DNA of 64,000 nt from Octopus sinensis (lineage: Eukaryota), in NCBI RefSeq assembly GCF_006345805.1, contig NC_043013.1, positions 23,932,001 to 23,996,000 on the forward strand, given 5' to 3'. Below the pieces are notes generated by a model. The model saw only the letters and a list, made by a program, of their open reading frames with translations. It searched no databases and was not told the DNA's origin. Numbering within the stretch: the first letter of the stretch is position 1; every line of letters begins with the position of its first letter. Shown here one piece after another: positions 1 to 12,415 of the stretch. Made by a program: the position numbers and the translations under genes.

Positions 1-2256
1 CTGTGTGTTTATTAATAGTGTTGAACACACTAGCCAAATTGACTACATCCTCGCCAGAAAAAGGGAAAGATGGCTGCTTATAAATGCCAAAACCTTCCCA
101 GGCAAAGAATGTACCCCACAACATAAACTTGTAGTTAGTGACTTTAGGATCAGGGCTAAGTGGACGCCCAGAAGACGACCAGCATGGAGGAGAAGAGTCT
201 GGAAGCTTAAAGATCCCACTAATGGACAGAGATTCAGACATATTACTCAAAGCCTTTGACGAAATAGAAGGGGATATAGCTTCACACGGTGTAGAAGACA
301 ACTAGAGGTTTCTATGGGACAACCTACTGAGGGCCACTGACCAGATCTGTGGATGGTGCAAAGTCCCCTCTCTATCCAAGATAACGTGGTTGTTGAACAA
401 TGTTGTAGACAGGGCTATTAGACAAAAGAAACAGGCTTGGAAGGACTGGAAGAACGGTGGTAGCTGGGGACTGTATCAGACTGCCAGAAGGGAAGCTAGG
501 AGACAGGTTTATTTAGCCAGAAGGGAAGCAGATAAGAAAAAATTTGCCAATGTTCTGCGCCGTGAGAACCAAAGACTTGAAGTATTTCGTGTTGAAAGAC
601 AATGTGTTAGAGAGAATCATGATGTTGTAGGAGAGAAATGTGTCTGCATGGATGATGGTTCACTTCCACTAAATGAGGCTGCAAAGAGAGAAGTTTGGAG
701 ACGCCACTATGAAAGGTTGCTGAATAAAGAAAATGAATGGGAGAAAGAGAGTCTGCCAATTGTCGACCCAACAGAGGGACCAGCTATCTGAGTTGACAGT
801 ACCTTGCTAGATAAAGCAACTAAGAGTATGAAGACAGGAATTACTGCAGAGATGCTCAAAATATCTGGCAACAGGTACAGTGAAAAATTCCTCGTAGAGG
901 TAGGTGTCCACCAAGGTTCAGTCCTCAGTGCCCTCCTATTTATCATAATCCTCCTGGCAATAATGGAGGAATTCAAGACAGGATGCCCCTGGGAGTTCCT
1001 CTATGCAGATGACCTTGCTCTAATTGCTGAGTCACAATCAGGACTAGAGAAGTTTCAAGTGTGGAAACAAGGATTAGAATCGAATGGCCTTAGAATCAAC
1101 CTAGCTAAAACCAAAGTCCTAATAAGTAGGAAGACAAGCAAACCACAAATCCCTTCAGGTAGAATAAGAATAGCCTGGGCAAAGTTCAGAGAGCTCTTAT
1201 CTCTGCCGGTGACAAAGGGCCTCTTGCTCAGAGTAAAAGGTAGACTGTATGACTCATGTGTACAAACAGCCATGCTACATGGCAGTGAAACATGGGCCAT
1301 GACTGCTGAGGACATGCATAAGCTCACAAGGAATGAAGCCAGTATACGCCGATGGATGTGTAATGTCAGTGTGCATACTCGACAGAGTGTAAGTACCTTG
1401 AGAGAAAAGTTGGACTTAAGAAGCATCAGATGTGGTGTGCAAGAGAGACGATTGCACTGGTATGGCCATGTGGTGAGAATGAATGTGGATAGGTGTGTGA
1501 AAAAGTGCCACACCCTAGCGGTTGACGGAACCTGTGGAAGAGGTAGACCCAGGAGGACCTGGGATGAGGTGGTGAAGCATAACCTTCAAGCATTGGGCCT
1601 CACCGAGGTAATGACTAGTGACCGAGACCTTTGGAAATATGCTGTGCTTGAGAAGACTCAGCAAGCCAAGTGAGACTATAACCTTGTGGCCTGTGCCAGG
1701 GGTGTAACCAGCCCACTTATGCATACCTTTCCTTCATTGGACACTAAACTCTGCTTGCAAAGACCTGTTGAGGCAAGTGAAATCGAAATCAAATTCGATG
1801 ACTGGCATTTGTGCTAGTGGATTGCTAAGAGTACTATACGTGCGTGATCGTTGCCAGAGCAACAAGCTAGCCTCTGTGCCAATGGCATGTAAAAAGCACC
1901 ATTCAAGTGTGATCATTACCTGCGTCGCCTTACTGACACTTGTGCTGATGGCATGTGAAAAAACATTCGAGTGAGGTTGTTGCCAGTGCTGCTGGTCTGG
2001 CTCCTGTGCAGGTGGCACGTAAACAGCACCATTTGAGCGTGACCGCTGCCAGTACTGCCTGACTGGCTCTCGTGCCAGTGGCACATAAAAGCACCCACTA
2101 CACTCTCGGAGTGGTTGGCATTAGGAAGGGCATCCAGCTGTAAAAACTCTGCCAGATGAGATTGGAGCCTGGTGCAGCCATCCGGTTCCCCATACCTCAG
2201 TTAAATTGTCCAACCCATGCTAGCATGGAAGGCGGACGTTAAACGATGATGATGAT
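1..2256 (+). mobile_element. RTE-clade LINE, 5' end outside window, internally deleted, non-functional
   Basis: APE endonuclease C-terminus (SQIDYIL...QHKLVV, ORF 5-259). RT motifs GVHQGSVLSALLF and LYADDLAL, plus C-terminal WYGHVVRM...GRGRPRRTW (ORF 804-1673). Repetitive 3'UTR and conserved tail GGAAGGGCATCCAGCTGTAAAA...CCAACCCATGCTAGCATGGAA ending in (GAT)n at 2256. Stops and frameshifts separate the ORF pieces. Confidence 0.92.
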
Positions 2257-3930
2257 TTAAGTTTCTTCCTGACAAAGAAACTTTGTTTCTAGTAATTACT
2301 TTGTTTTAGCTAATAGTTTCTTGAGTTATTTTTTTTATTTCATCATTATATTTTCTTAATAACTTAGAGTACCTGTTTTGATGTTTAAAACATAATGTTG
2401 AAAATAGCTATTTTCTAAAACGTATTTTTGCCAGCTTTATCACAATGGATCATGTGGTTTAAATTTTGAATTCTGTCATGGTTGATAATAACCTTCCAAT
2501 TTGCAAATGGACACCACTGTTCTTAATGTAGCAAGCCCCAAATTTTTATTTAAAATTACACCCATAGAGAGAAGAGTCATAATTATTATCTCAACAGACA
2601 AATCTGGTGAAGAAAGGCAAAGGAGACAATGCTCCTGAATTAAGTCAAATTATTAAAAACACATTGTGATGAATCTGATTTTTGATCGTACAGTGACAAC
2701 TGTAAATATTTCAGTAGTGTCATCAGACCTTATTATGAAACTGTGGTTTAATCAAGACTAGATCTTTCAGGCTTGAAATAATAGGTAAAAGAAATAGTTG
2801 TCATCTTGGTGTTAAGAATTCATTTTAATAATAATAATAATGGTGTTAACAAAGTGAAGAACATAGTTTGGAGTGTCATGGTTAAACTGAAGTACAGAAG
2901 AACAATTAAAAGACAGAATGACATATTGACTTGTCTGGACTGCCTCTCTAGAGTAGTGATACATTTCTTTACCTTAGGCACTGGTATCTCCACTTCTATT
3001 GTTAGGTACCTAAACTGGTGATAAACAAGCAATGAAATATTAAGATGTACAAATAATCATATTTGCTTGTAAAAGGAGTGTAAAACATGCCATAAAGTGT
3101 ATGATATTCAACAAGGAATTTTGATAGGTATGTCTGGAACTGTTGTGCCCTATTCTAGGAATGAAGCAATGTGGTAATTAATTAATACTAAGATGTTAGT
3201 GAACTCAGCATATACAGAAAGCTGGAAAAGACTTACTCCAGTGATGATGAAAGATTAGGTAGAAATAGTCTGCAATGTAATCTAGATATAATCAGAGTAT
3301 TTAAAACACCCTTTCAGTGCATGATGTGTCCCATCTAGGTTCAAATATTATGTACCACATAATTCATTTTCAGTAACAGATTAGTTGATTACCATAAACA
3401 GTTTGTTGAAGAATCTAGTTTTCTTTATACAAATTATCCGACCAGGACAAATTTTAATATGAGAGGATAATGAAGTTGACCAATGAATGTGGAATATAAC
3501 TCTTAAATGCATACATACATACAAGCAACCTAGAAAATTGCAAAAGAAGTCCTAGAAATACTTAAGAAACATGTGGATTCTCTAAATAGAATCTATTAGT
3601 GGCAAAGTGAAGATTTGTAAGGCATTCCAAAAATTCTCCATCTGAGATTCTTTATGTGAATAGATGCACAAACACATATTTGGGTGTAAAAGCATCAACA
3701 GTTCAACCCAGTCAACCACGTATTTATGAACACCGTTAGGGTTAGTGATTAGCTGGAACTCTTTCAAGAAGAACTTGAATAAAACTCAAAGAAAAATCAT
3801 ACACACACCATACATGCATACAAACAAACAATCTAAGGAAGAGTCATGCACCTTTAACCCTTTCAAACCTTTCGGGCTTGGTAATTGTTGAGAAAGTTAA
3901 TTTTCAACTTCTGATTATTTGGTGAGAAGC

Positions 3931-4152
3931 GAGGTCATTGCCAGTACCGCCTGACTGGCCCCTGTGCCGGTGGCATGTAAAAGCACCCACTACACTCTCA
4001 GAGTGGTTGGCGTTAGGAAGGGCATCCAGCTGTAGAAACTCTGCCAGATCAAGATTGGAGCCTGGTGCAGCCATCTGGCTCGCCAGCCCTCAGTCATAAT
4101 CGTCCAACCCATGCTAGCATGGAAAGCGGACATTAAACAATGATAATGATGA
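3931..4152 (+). mobile_element. 5'-truncated RTE 3'-tail copy
   Basis: Closely matches 2040-2256 and ends in a degenerate (GAT)n tail. Confidence 0.85.
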
Positions 4153-4199
4153 AGCTCAGATAGGTTTTACTTCTGGTGAAAGAAGGAGAGAGAGAGGAT

Positions 4200-5100
4200 T
4201 GGATGACAAGTTTGAGGAATGGGACATAGGAAGGATGTCCTAGAAACAAGTGCATTAGATGTGTTGGGTAATTGAAGTGTACAGTCCAAAGAAGTTGAGA
4301 TTATTGTGGCAGCGAGCAAAGGGCAGCAACTATATCTTGTTCCAAATGTTAGTGAGCTTGATACTTGCACTGTCTCTGTGAGCAATTCTCCAATTGGGGG
4401 GCCACACCTGTGCTTGTATTTTGTAGACACAACTATTGAGAGCTGAATATTTTTTTGTTTTTCAATAAATGAAAATTTCATTAGGGTCAGGGTTAGGCTG
4501 TTACCTATATTTGTTGATGAATAAAGTGTAGTGTTGTATTTTTATTGGTTTGTGTAGTGACAAGGTTGTCTTGTTTCAGTTGCAAGATGGTTTTGAGATT
4601 TCTGTTCGTGGAAGCACTGCAAGTTTGGTAGCTTGAGATGGCTAGATTTTACATGGATGGCAGCTATGAATGAAAGGAAGTGAAGAAGTAATGCATAGGA
4701 GTGACTGTGTTGTTAGCCTAGGGTTTTTTTCATGTTGAGATATAAGACTGTTGGAAATGCTGTAAAGCCCACCTGAGTTCCTAGAATGGGGTTGAAGAGG
4801 GCTCTGTCACCAAGCATAGCAATAGATTAGTGTGACAAATCAAACACTCCCGTGCCAATCGTTGTTGAATAATTGTACACAAATTTTTGCAAGTTAGTAA
4901 ATTATAGCAATTTAAGGAGGGGAGAAAAGTGGCAGATGTTCTTTGTGGATGTGTGTTTTACTTGTATGACTTCATATGGTTTAAACACCTAATGAGAGTG
5001 CACAGGGAAGTTTTGTAGCAATTTCTAGAATAGTTCAAGTATTGGAAAACTGTTGACAAAGTAGTTGAGTTTAAAGAGAGTTCAGCTTAATAGAAATAAT
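4200..5100 (-). mobile_element. Possible highly decayed Penelope-like RT remnant
   Basis: Minus strand near 4620-4690 reads SLPFIHSCHPCKI*PSQATKL, resembling the PLE thumb motif YLxFxSxHP...SQAxR. The rest cannot be aligned by eye. Confidence 0.25.
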
Positions 5101-5570
5101 GGAACGATAAATTTTTGATGAGACACCATTTTGTTGTTTTTTGATTTGTACAAGGTTTCAAAATGCAAACATAAAAATTTTAACGATGATTATGACGACA
5201 ATGATAATGTTTGACAACAGTGATAATGCTGGTTTCTGCATGAACTTGGCACTTAAAGCAAATGTATATTAAACTCTATGTGTATATGTATGTGTGTATG
5301 TTTAAATTTTTGTTTGTTTGCTTTTAAAGAAATTAACATATTTGTAGAAAATATTCTGCCTGTTTTCTAACCTAAAAGAAATACATTTAACCAGCATAAT
5401 GATAATAGACAAGATAATTGCTAGTTTATAGTTTGAAAATGTCATACAGGCTGTTAGCAGGAAATTCCATTAGAGTTTTTGTTTCCCTAGTTTGGCAACC
5501 TCGTTAATTTAGTTTAGGGTATATCAAGGTTAAGAATTTTAACCAGCATTCTTATTTAATTTATGTAAAT

Positions 5571-5631
5571 ATGTATATCTATACTCACACACACACATAT
5601 GTATGTATGCATATGTATGTATGTGTGTGTG

Positions 5632-5686
<55 letters not shown>

Positions 5687-5809
5687 TACTGATAACAATG
5701 TAACAATCTGTGAAGTGTTATATGAGTGCCTGTGTATATGGGTACATGTTTAAGTATCCTATGGATCTATATGCATGTATTTATATGTGACTGTGCATAT
5801 TATATATAC

Positions 5810-5863
<54 letters not shown>

Positions 5864-5870
5864 TATATAT
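5571..5870. repeat. Compound (CA)/(TA)/(GA)/(TACA) microsatellites
   Basis: Directly visible. Confidence 0.95.
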
Positions 5871-6004
5871 GATGCTGATTGCTGAACCAGTTTCTTGGGT
5901 GGCACCAAGCTGTACCAATATAACGTAAGACTAATATAATAATTCTTGGATGGAATTTATAAACATTTAATGCGTCGCTTCACAGGTTTCCACAAATCAC
6001 ATAA

Positions 6005-6793
6005 CTCTTAAGATCACAGTCCATATTCTTGGGAGGATTACAGTGTGGTCCATAGTATCCATGGACACCGGCCAGATTATCTTCATGGATCCATTTCTTC
6101 AGGCGATTATAACATTAATGGATGTTTACTAGAGGGATGTTTATCACTTTTGACCAGCAACAAGATTATTTCTGTATTTCTGTATAAATTTGGTGGGAGG
6201 AAGGAGAATGTAATGGAAAGCGAGGAAGGGGGTGTACATGGTGATGTTGGACTTATTTTGCTATTCAGTCTGCAGATGTCAAGGATGGGTAACACATTGC
6301 TTTGTTCCATCTCATCCAAGGCATGACTATCTTTAAGGAATTCTAAAGCCAAAATGGTCTGCAGCTACAGCCACCACAGCCATCAACTGTAGGAGTCCAT
6401 TGTCTGAATTTATAAATGATACTTTCTTAGGGTGGCCTTTTAATTGTTTCTGGTGGTATAATGGTATGGTGTATAGCATCCTAAAATTTGGTTGGTTGTT
6501 GGTTGGTTTATTTGTTTGTGTTCTATCCTTGTTCTATAATATGCTAGGGGTAGTTGATGTTGTTCCATTTTGAAATGGTTTATTTCAAATACACACAGAA
6601 ATACCCACAGAAATACCCACATAATTCAACCGACTTTCACACTGGTCAAAAGAGATAGCTATCCCTCTTGTAAACACCTTTTAATGTTATATTGCTTGAA
6701 GAAATGAATCCATGAAGATGATCTAGCCAGTACCCATTGGTACTACAGACTATACTATAATCATCCCAAGTATACGGACTGTGATCTTAAGAG
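6005..6793. repeat. Long inverted repeat (arms 6005-6157 and 6642-6793), possibly a Penelope-like remnant
   Basis: The arms are reverse complements from CTCTTAAGATCACAGTCC to CTTTTGACCAG, roughly three-quarters to four-fifths identical by eye. The spacer has two minus-strand pieces resembling the PLE RT motif (F/E)xMEQxxxLPxLD. Confidence 0.8.
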
Positions 6794-6904
6794 ACAGGGG
6801 ATTTCTCAAAACATGCATAGCAATGCATTAAATGTTTATAAATTTCACCCAAGGATTATTGTTAGTATTACTATATATATATATATATTGTTTACACTAT
6901 CCAT

Positions 6905-6985
6905 GCCAGTATGGAAAGTAAACATTGATGATGATTTAAAGTTGCTTTTTCCATGTTGGCATGGGTTGGACAATTTAATAAGAAC
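6905..6985 (-). mobile_element. Short decayed RTE tail
   Basis: TTCCATGTTGGCATGGGTTGGACA is the reverse complement of the RTE terminal motif. Confidence 0.5.
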
Positions 6986-8599
6986 ACACAAGACAAAGGG
7001 TCTTCCCCTTTGACATCAACTTCCTTCAATAAATTTTTGAGTGAGAGAGTATGAGTGAATAAGTGAGAATGAAACAAAACAAAACAAAGTTTTAATGAAC
7101 ACTATTTTCCGAGGCTTGAATTCAAAAACTGAAGCCATGTTGGAATTTTGCATAAAATAAAACCTTATTAGGAGTGCCATTCAGAAAGCTAAGTGGACTG
7201 CAGATTGCTCGTGTGTAGTTCGTTATTAGTTAAACTAATTGGACCACAAAGGTTGCTCACTTTTCATTCTTTTACACCAACTTCTAAAATGAAGTATTAT
7301 CAGCATTCATAACTGAGGAGTTTTTACATTAACAAAAAGAAAAAGAGAAAAACTTTGTAAACTTTTTTTTAAATAATAAATTTCAATTAGAACTTTTATA
7401 GGAAATCCAAATTTATTTACAATAGCAATATTTTTTGTTTTCCATTTTACCTTATTTTCAACATAGAAAAGGGAAAACTTTTATATTTTCTTACATTTAC
7501 TTGGAGCAGATTAGTTTTTATTATCAATCATTTATGTTAATGTATTCTCGTTCAGTATTCTGTTTGGAATGGGCTGACATTTATTCTAATAGCTGCAGAT
7601 ACAATTTACTTTTTGTCAAACTTTATATTTATAATACAGAGAGTTAATGTTCTTTCAAAGCTCAGCTTATCATTATTAAATTTCAGAACGATTTAAGAAG
7701 GGAATTTGACTGGAATACCTAATTTCATACATTGTAATTAATACAATTTAAAATTTAAATCCTAAATTAATTGAATAGACTTGATTAAAAAGTGATATTC
7801 TTTCATATATTCACAAGTAAAGAAAATAAAAACTTTTGGTTTATCTGCTACTAATCATTTGTTACAATTCAACACCTTTAGAACTTCAGTTATTTAATGA
7901 GATGTTTCTAAAAATAAATTCTATAGCTGTATAAACAGTTGTTCCTAAAATAAAGTTCTGTTTTTTTTTTTTGTTTTTTTTCCTTTCGATTTAATAATTG
8001 AAAAGTTCATGAAAGTATTTAACCTTTCTTTTTCTGTTTAATATTGAGAGGCTTCTATTTTTCGTATTTAATTGCCATACTTCCACAAGTAAACTTTGAT
8101 GAATGTAAGCTTCTCAGAAAGTCACAAATATAGCTTCTTTCTTGTCTGCAGGCTTTCTGGATCTTGTTCTATCTTCTACTTAAATGTTATATTTTTAGAT
8201 TCTGTTATCCGTCTATCAGAACTGAGTTCCCTAATGTATGCTATGTTTTATGAAATGCCATTTATATGGAGCTGTTTGTTGTTCTTAAAAGGGCTGCAGA
8301 TTCTTGTTTGATAACAGAACTGTTTTTGTTCTGGGCCTTGGAATTCATTTTAATTTTATATTTTGTGCATAATGTTTTGACATTAGTCTCTAAAAATAAT
8401 CAACAAATGAAGGATGTTCATAACTTGAATACAAATATTTGCTTAAAAATTTAACAATGTTTCAATATATTTTACAGTGCACTGATATTTAAACTCACCT
8501 GAGTCTATTTTCATTACCATCATCACTTTATGCCTGCTTTGCGCGCTGGCATTTAATATGAATACTAGTTAAGTTTAGCATTTGTATTTGTGTATGTAT

Positions 8600-8627
8600 C
8601 TATGTGTGTATATGTACATATGTGTAG

Positions 8628-8666
<39 letters not shown>

Positions 8667-8707
8667 GGTGTGTGTGTCTGTGTATAGAGAGGTAGAAAGA
8701 GAGAGTG

Positions 8708-8740
<33 letters not shown>
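8600..8740. repeat. (TG)/(TA) microsatellites
   Basis: Directly visible. Confidence 0.95.
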
Positions 8741-8745
<5 letters not shown>

Positions 8746-8828
8746 CTCAAGAAACTGAGTCTTACGAAGAGATAACTGAAGACTGAGATATCTGGTACTC
8801 AACAAGACTCGTCTGTTATAGCAGAATT

Positions 8829-9043
8829 GATGCTGGTATTGGCGCCACATAAGATGCACCTGTGCTGGTGCCACTTAAAAAGTACCCAATACACTGTGGA
8901 GTGGTTGGCCTCAGGAAGGTCATCCAGCTATAGAAACCATTTTAGAACAGACAATGGAACCTGGTGTGGCCCCAGGCCTTACCATGGTCAAACCATAAAA
9001 CCCATGCTAGCATGGAAAATGGACATTAAATGATGATGATGAT
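8829..9043 (+). mobile_element. 5'-truncated RTE 3'-tail copy
   Basis: GAGTGGTTGGCCTCAGGAAGGTCATCCAGC...CCCATGCTAGCATGGAAAATGGACATTAAA(TGA)n. Confidence 0.85.
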
Positions 9044-9417
9044 ATCTGTGTGTATATACATATATGTGGTATATATGTACGTCCAACTCATGCTAGCTTG
9101 GAATGCAATGAAGTTTTAAAAGAAAAAAGTTATGAGTGTTTGTTTCTCAAATTTGAGGGTGATAATATAGTTCTTTTTTTATGAATATAGTCTTATAAGG
9201 GGACTCTTAATATATGTCACAGGAATCGTTGAAGTAAGGAAAAAATTATCAATGACACCACTAATTTGCAATTAGTTTAATTACATCTGTATTAAAAATT
9301 AAAATATTATTTAGAAATTTATTACATTTATTATTCAATTTTCAATAAGGTAAAATCTTAGATTATTAATTGACATATTATTAATTAGCATAATAACATA
9401 GCCTGGAAAAAACATGG

Positions 9418-10163
9418 ATTACATGGAAAGATGCAAGCAAGAGAAATAATATTCTTAAGATTATAAACCTGGAAAAGTATAGGACAAGAACAAGAAAACT
9501 TTTACTTAAAATATTGCAGCTAAGGATAAAATTTGAATATTAAAAATCATTTGATTTTAATTTACAAAGTAACATTATAATTTTAAAAAGTACCATCATT
9601 TTGTTAAAATATTGACACATTAAAATACTTAGAGGATGAGAGCCAGAAGTACCAATATAGCTAAAGTTTTATGCAAAGTAGAATAGTATATATGGTAGGC
9701 AAATTCGTTATGTAAAAAATAGGGTCATGGCTAAAAATGTGAAGACTTGGCAATAACTTGAGCAATAACTCAAACAAATTTTACTGTGAATTTGTTGTTA
9801 TAGGTAGATTTTACTGTAACATATAACTAATTTTTATATTATTCTATTTATTGTACTAATTATGTACTACTGTTATTTCTTATAACCTATTTTCATATTT
9901 TTAATTATTAATTAATGATTTAAAAATTTTTTCTTCTTAAGTGCAAAAAATATTTTGAGTTATGTTTTATTTTTAATAGGAGTAACAAGTAATAACAAAT
10001 AGAATAAGTTGTAATAGAATTTGAAATTTTATCCTCATCTGCAATATTTTGAGCAAAACTTTTCTTGTTCTGTATCTTACCAGGTGTAATAACTTGTCCT
10101 GTACTTTTCCAGATTTATTATCTTAAGAATTTTATTTCTCTTGCTTGCATTTTTCCATGTAAT
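9418..10163. repeat. Long inverted repeat (arms 9418-9540 and 10015-10163)
   Basis: ATTACATGGAAAGATGCAAGCAAGAGAAAT... pairs with ...ATTTCTCTTGCTTGCATTTTTCCATGTAAT. The right arm carries about 23 extra nt. Confidence 0.85.
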
Positions 10164-10448
10164 ATATGTATGTGTGTGCATGTGTGTCTATGTAAACTGT
10201 ATGAGTATGTATAGCATAATTTGTTTCCAAAAATTATATGTTTTTTTACATAAATTAAATGGGTTTTTTATTAAATCTATTAGATTTGTTTATTTTGTAA
10301 ATAAATTAAAATTATGTTTAGTATATAAATATTGATGAAGATTACAGGCATGTCTGTACCAGATTAGGGGCTACAGGGTCATGAATATAGGCACTAATAA
10401 ACCCACTCTTCTGTCCCTTTATTAAAGCATGTTAGTACATGAGCATCT

Positions 10449-10668
10449 GGCGGCAACAAGCTGACCAAATCGTTGGCAGATGGGGCAAAATGCTGTTCAG
10501 CATTTTTGTTCATCTTTATATATTCTGAGATCAAATTCCAGCTAGATCATCTTTGGCTTTTGTCCTTTTTGGAGTCTATAAAATAAGCACCAGTTGATAC
10601 TGGAATTGATGTAATTGACTAGCCATGCCTCCCACTGAATTTGCTGGTCTTGTGCCAGAATTTGAAAT
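10449..10668 (+). mobile_element. tRNA-derived SINE (type B here), decayed
   Basis: Aligns with 21891-22102 (decayed A/B boxes, central ...AAATAAGCACCAG..., 3' TTGTGCCAGAATTTGAAA). Confidence 0.65.
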
Positions 10669-11671
10669 CAATATATGAGCATCTCTGCATAGTTTCCAAA
10701 AAAAAAAAAAAAAAAAAAAAAAATCTTGGTTCCTCTTCACTGTCAAGTAATTTTGAATAGTTTCTGTCAGATGCTATTTTATTCTGCTGAAAATGTTGAA
10801 AAATACAAAATTGTCCACTAATTGAGTTTTACAAGAAATTTGAATGTATAGAGAGAAACAGAAAGGAGAAAAAGACTTTAAAAAAGAAAATTTTATGAGA
10901 CATGTTAAATTTCTGAATGATGCTTATTGAGTGAGTCCAATATTGTCTTTGAAGCTGTTCACTAATTTGCCTTTTCTTTTGTTAGTCTTATTCAGTATAC
11001 TTTAAGATTATTGAATATTTTAAAGAACATGTCATTCAGTTCTGATCAATGAACAGACTATTGAGGAAAAGAGTTATGCACCAAACGATAAAAGTAGATT
11101 AGCATATAAAATGTTCTCACCTTCCAGTTGATACAGTGTTTCTTGGTCAAACTAATTGAGGAAGTTCTACATGGCCATTTGACCTATTAGAAATATCATT
11201 CAAATCTCCCTCAAATCAAACTTTCTGTCTTCAAATCAGAAGCATATACTGGATAATGCAGTCGCTGTTATACAAAATTAGATAGTCATGGCAGGAATAC
11301 TCTTGGTCATACATCTACTCAGTTATGGCTGCCTTGGGCTAAACAACATCTTTCTGGTTGGTTGATACAGTTAATACTTTTAATACACTGCCTTCCTAGT
11401 TTTCAGGTGGGAATTCATTTTTTAATCTACATGGTTCATTAACTATGACCACAAAGAGGTGAAAACCGTACAGCCTGGTGGTTTTGTGGTTGGAAGATGG
11501 TAGGGTTTCATTCTCCTGCTTGCAGTATATATCAGGTGCAGATTGCACCGAATAACCAACTGGAGGAGAATCCCCCCCCCCCCCCAGTTAAAAATACCAG
11601 TAATGTTGGTTCCTATGGATCAGCCATGTTTGAGTGGCGATAAACATTACATATATATATATAAATACATA

Positions 11672-11705
11672 CTAGCAGCTTAGCCCGGTTTCACCCGGTC
11701 TGTTT
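11672..11705 (-). mobile_element. Helitron 3' terminus (isolated)
   Basis: Minus strand CCGGGTGAAACCGGGCTAAGCTG-CTAG followed by T, same layout as the termini at 23799 and 46861. No 5' end found. Confidence 0.5.
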
Positions 11706-12329
11706 GGATGATGTGGCTGTGATCGTTTTCAGTTAGGCATAATCTATAACAGTGTTTCTCAACCTTATCGTTTCAAGTCCCCTGTTTTGATTGGAGCTTC
11801 CAGTTGTATGAAAATTTCTTGACCCCCACTTCCGGTGAGAAAACAGGTTCAGGAGTTGTGAAGAATGAATTTGTACTTAGTCTGTTTCTGAGAGTTAATC
11901 TGTTGGACCTCTGTCTAATCATTAAAACATTGATTTAATTATGAACATAGAAAGAAATTATACATTAATCCCTATTTTTGTAAAAAGTTGTATCCGTAAA
12001 AACTTTATTTGCAGGGAGCAGAAATTGAAAGAAGATATATGAAAACTTAGATTGTCTTGTAAGAATTTCCCAACAGTAGAGTAAAAACTTTCAGTGATTA
12101 CATCTTAAGAAAAGCAAGGATGTAAACTTAATTTAAAAGTCCTTCATTCATATCTCCACTGCATAAATTAATTGAAGCCTTTGTATTTCTGCTCTTTGTC
12201 TTTACTTTTTAAAATAAATACTATATCATTATTATTCACAATAGTGTTGATCTGATATATTCAATGTAATTATATAATACTTTATTATGAAATGTAGCTT
12301 ATATATATATTTTATTGATCTTATTCCAG

Positions 12330-12415
12330 GTGGTCGATTCAAGAAAGAAGTAATGCTGGACGCTCACAGCTATCTTCTTCTTATACGAGATGAGGGTGGT
12401 CCACCAGAAATGCAG
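12330..12415 (+). CDS. AGAP1: AGAP1/3 (centaurin-gamma) family exon, GTPase-like domain, 86 nt, phase 1-0
   Basis: TTATTCCAG acceptor and CAG/GTAAT donor. Encodes (G)[28 protein letters not shown], closely matching the AGAP GLD (GRFKKE...[14 protein letters not shown]). Confidence 0.95.

Noticed and set aside
1790-2100. CRISPR-like repeat/spacer appearance
   Set aside because: The units are diverged along their whole length, lie in a LINE 3'UTR, and there are no cas genes. The context is eukaryotic.
3080-3600. Possible Tc1 transposase remnant (QGILIGM..., KTYSSDDERL)
   Set aside because: Similarity is too weak by eye and no TIRs were found.
6075-6110. Hammerhead-like CTGAAGA-A-ATGGATCCAT-GAAG in the inverted-repeat arms
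   Set aside because: Both arms have GAAG rather than GAAA, and I could not form stem I. Worth rechecking only if the family consensus differs.
11750-11766. hAT-like terminal sequence CAGTGTTTCTCAACCTT
   Set aside because: No partner TIR or 8-bp TSD found.
1-12329. Upstream AGAP exons (P-loop GxxxSGKSALVHRYLTG)
   Set aside because: No matching peptide seen on the + strand, so they presumably lie 5' of the window.
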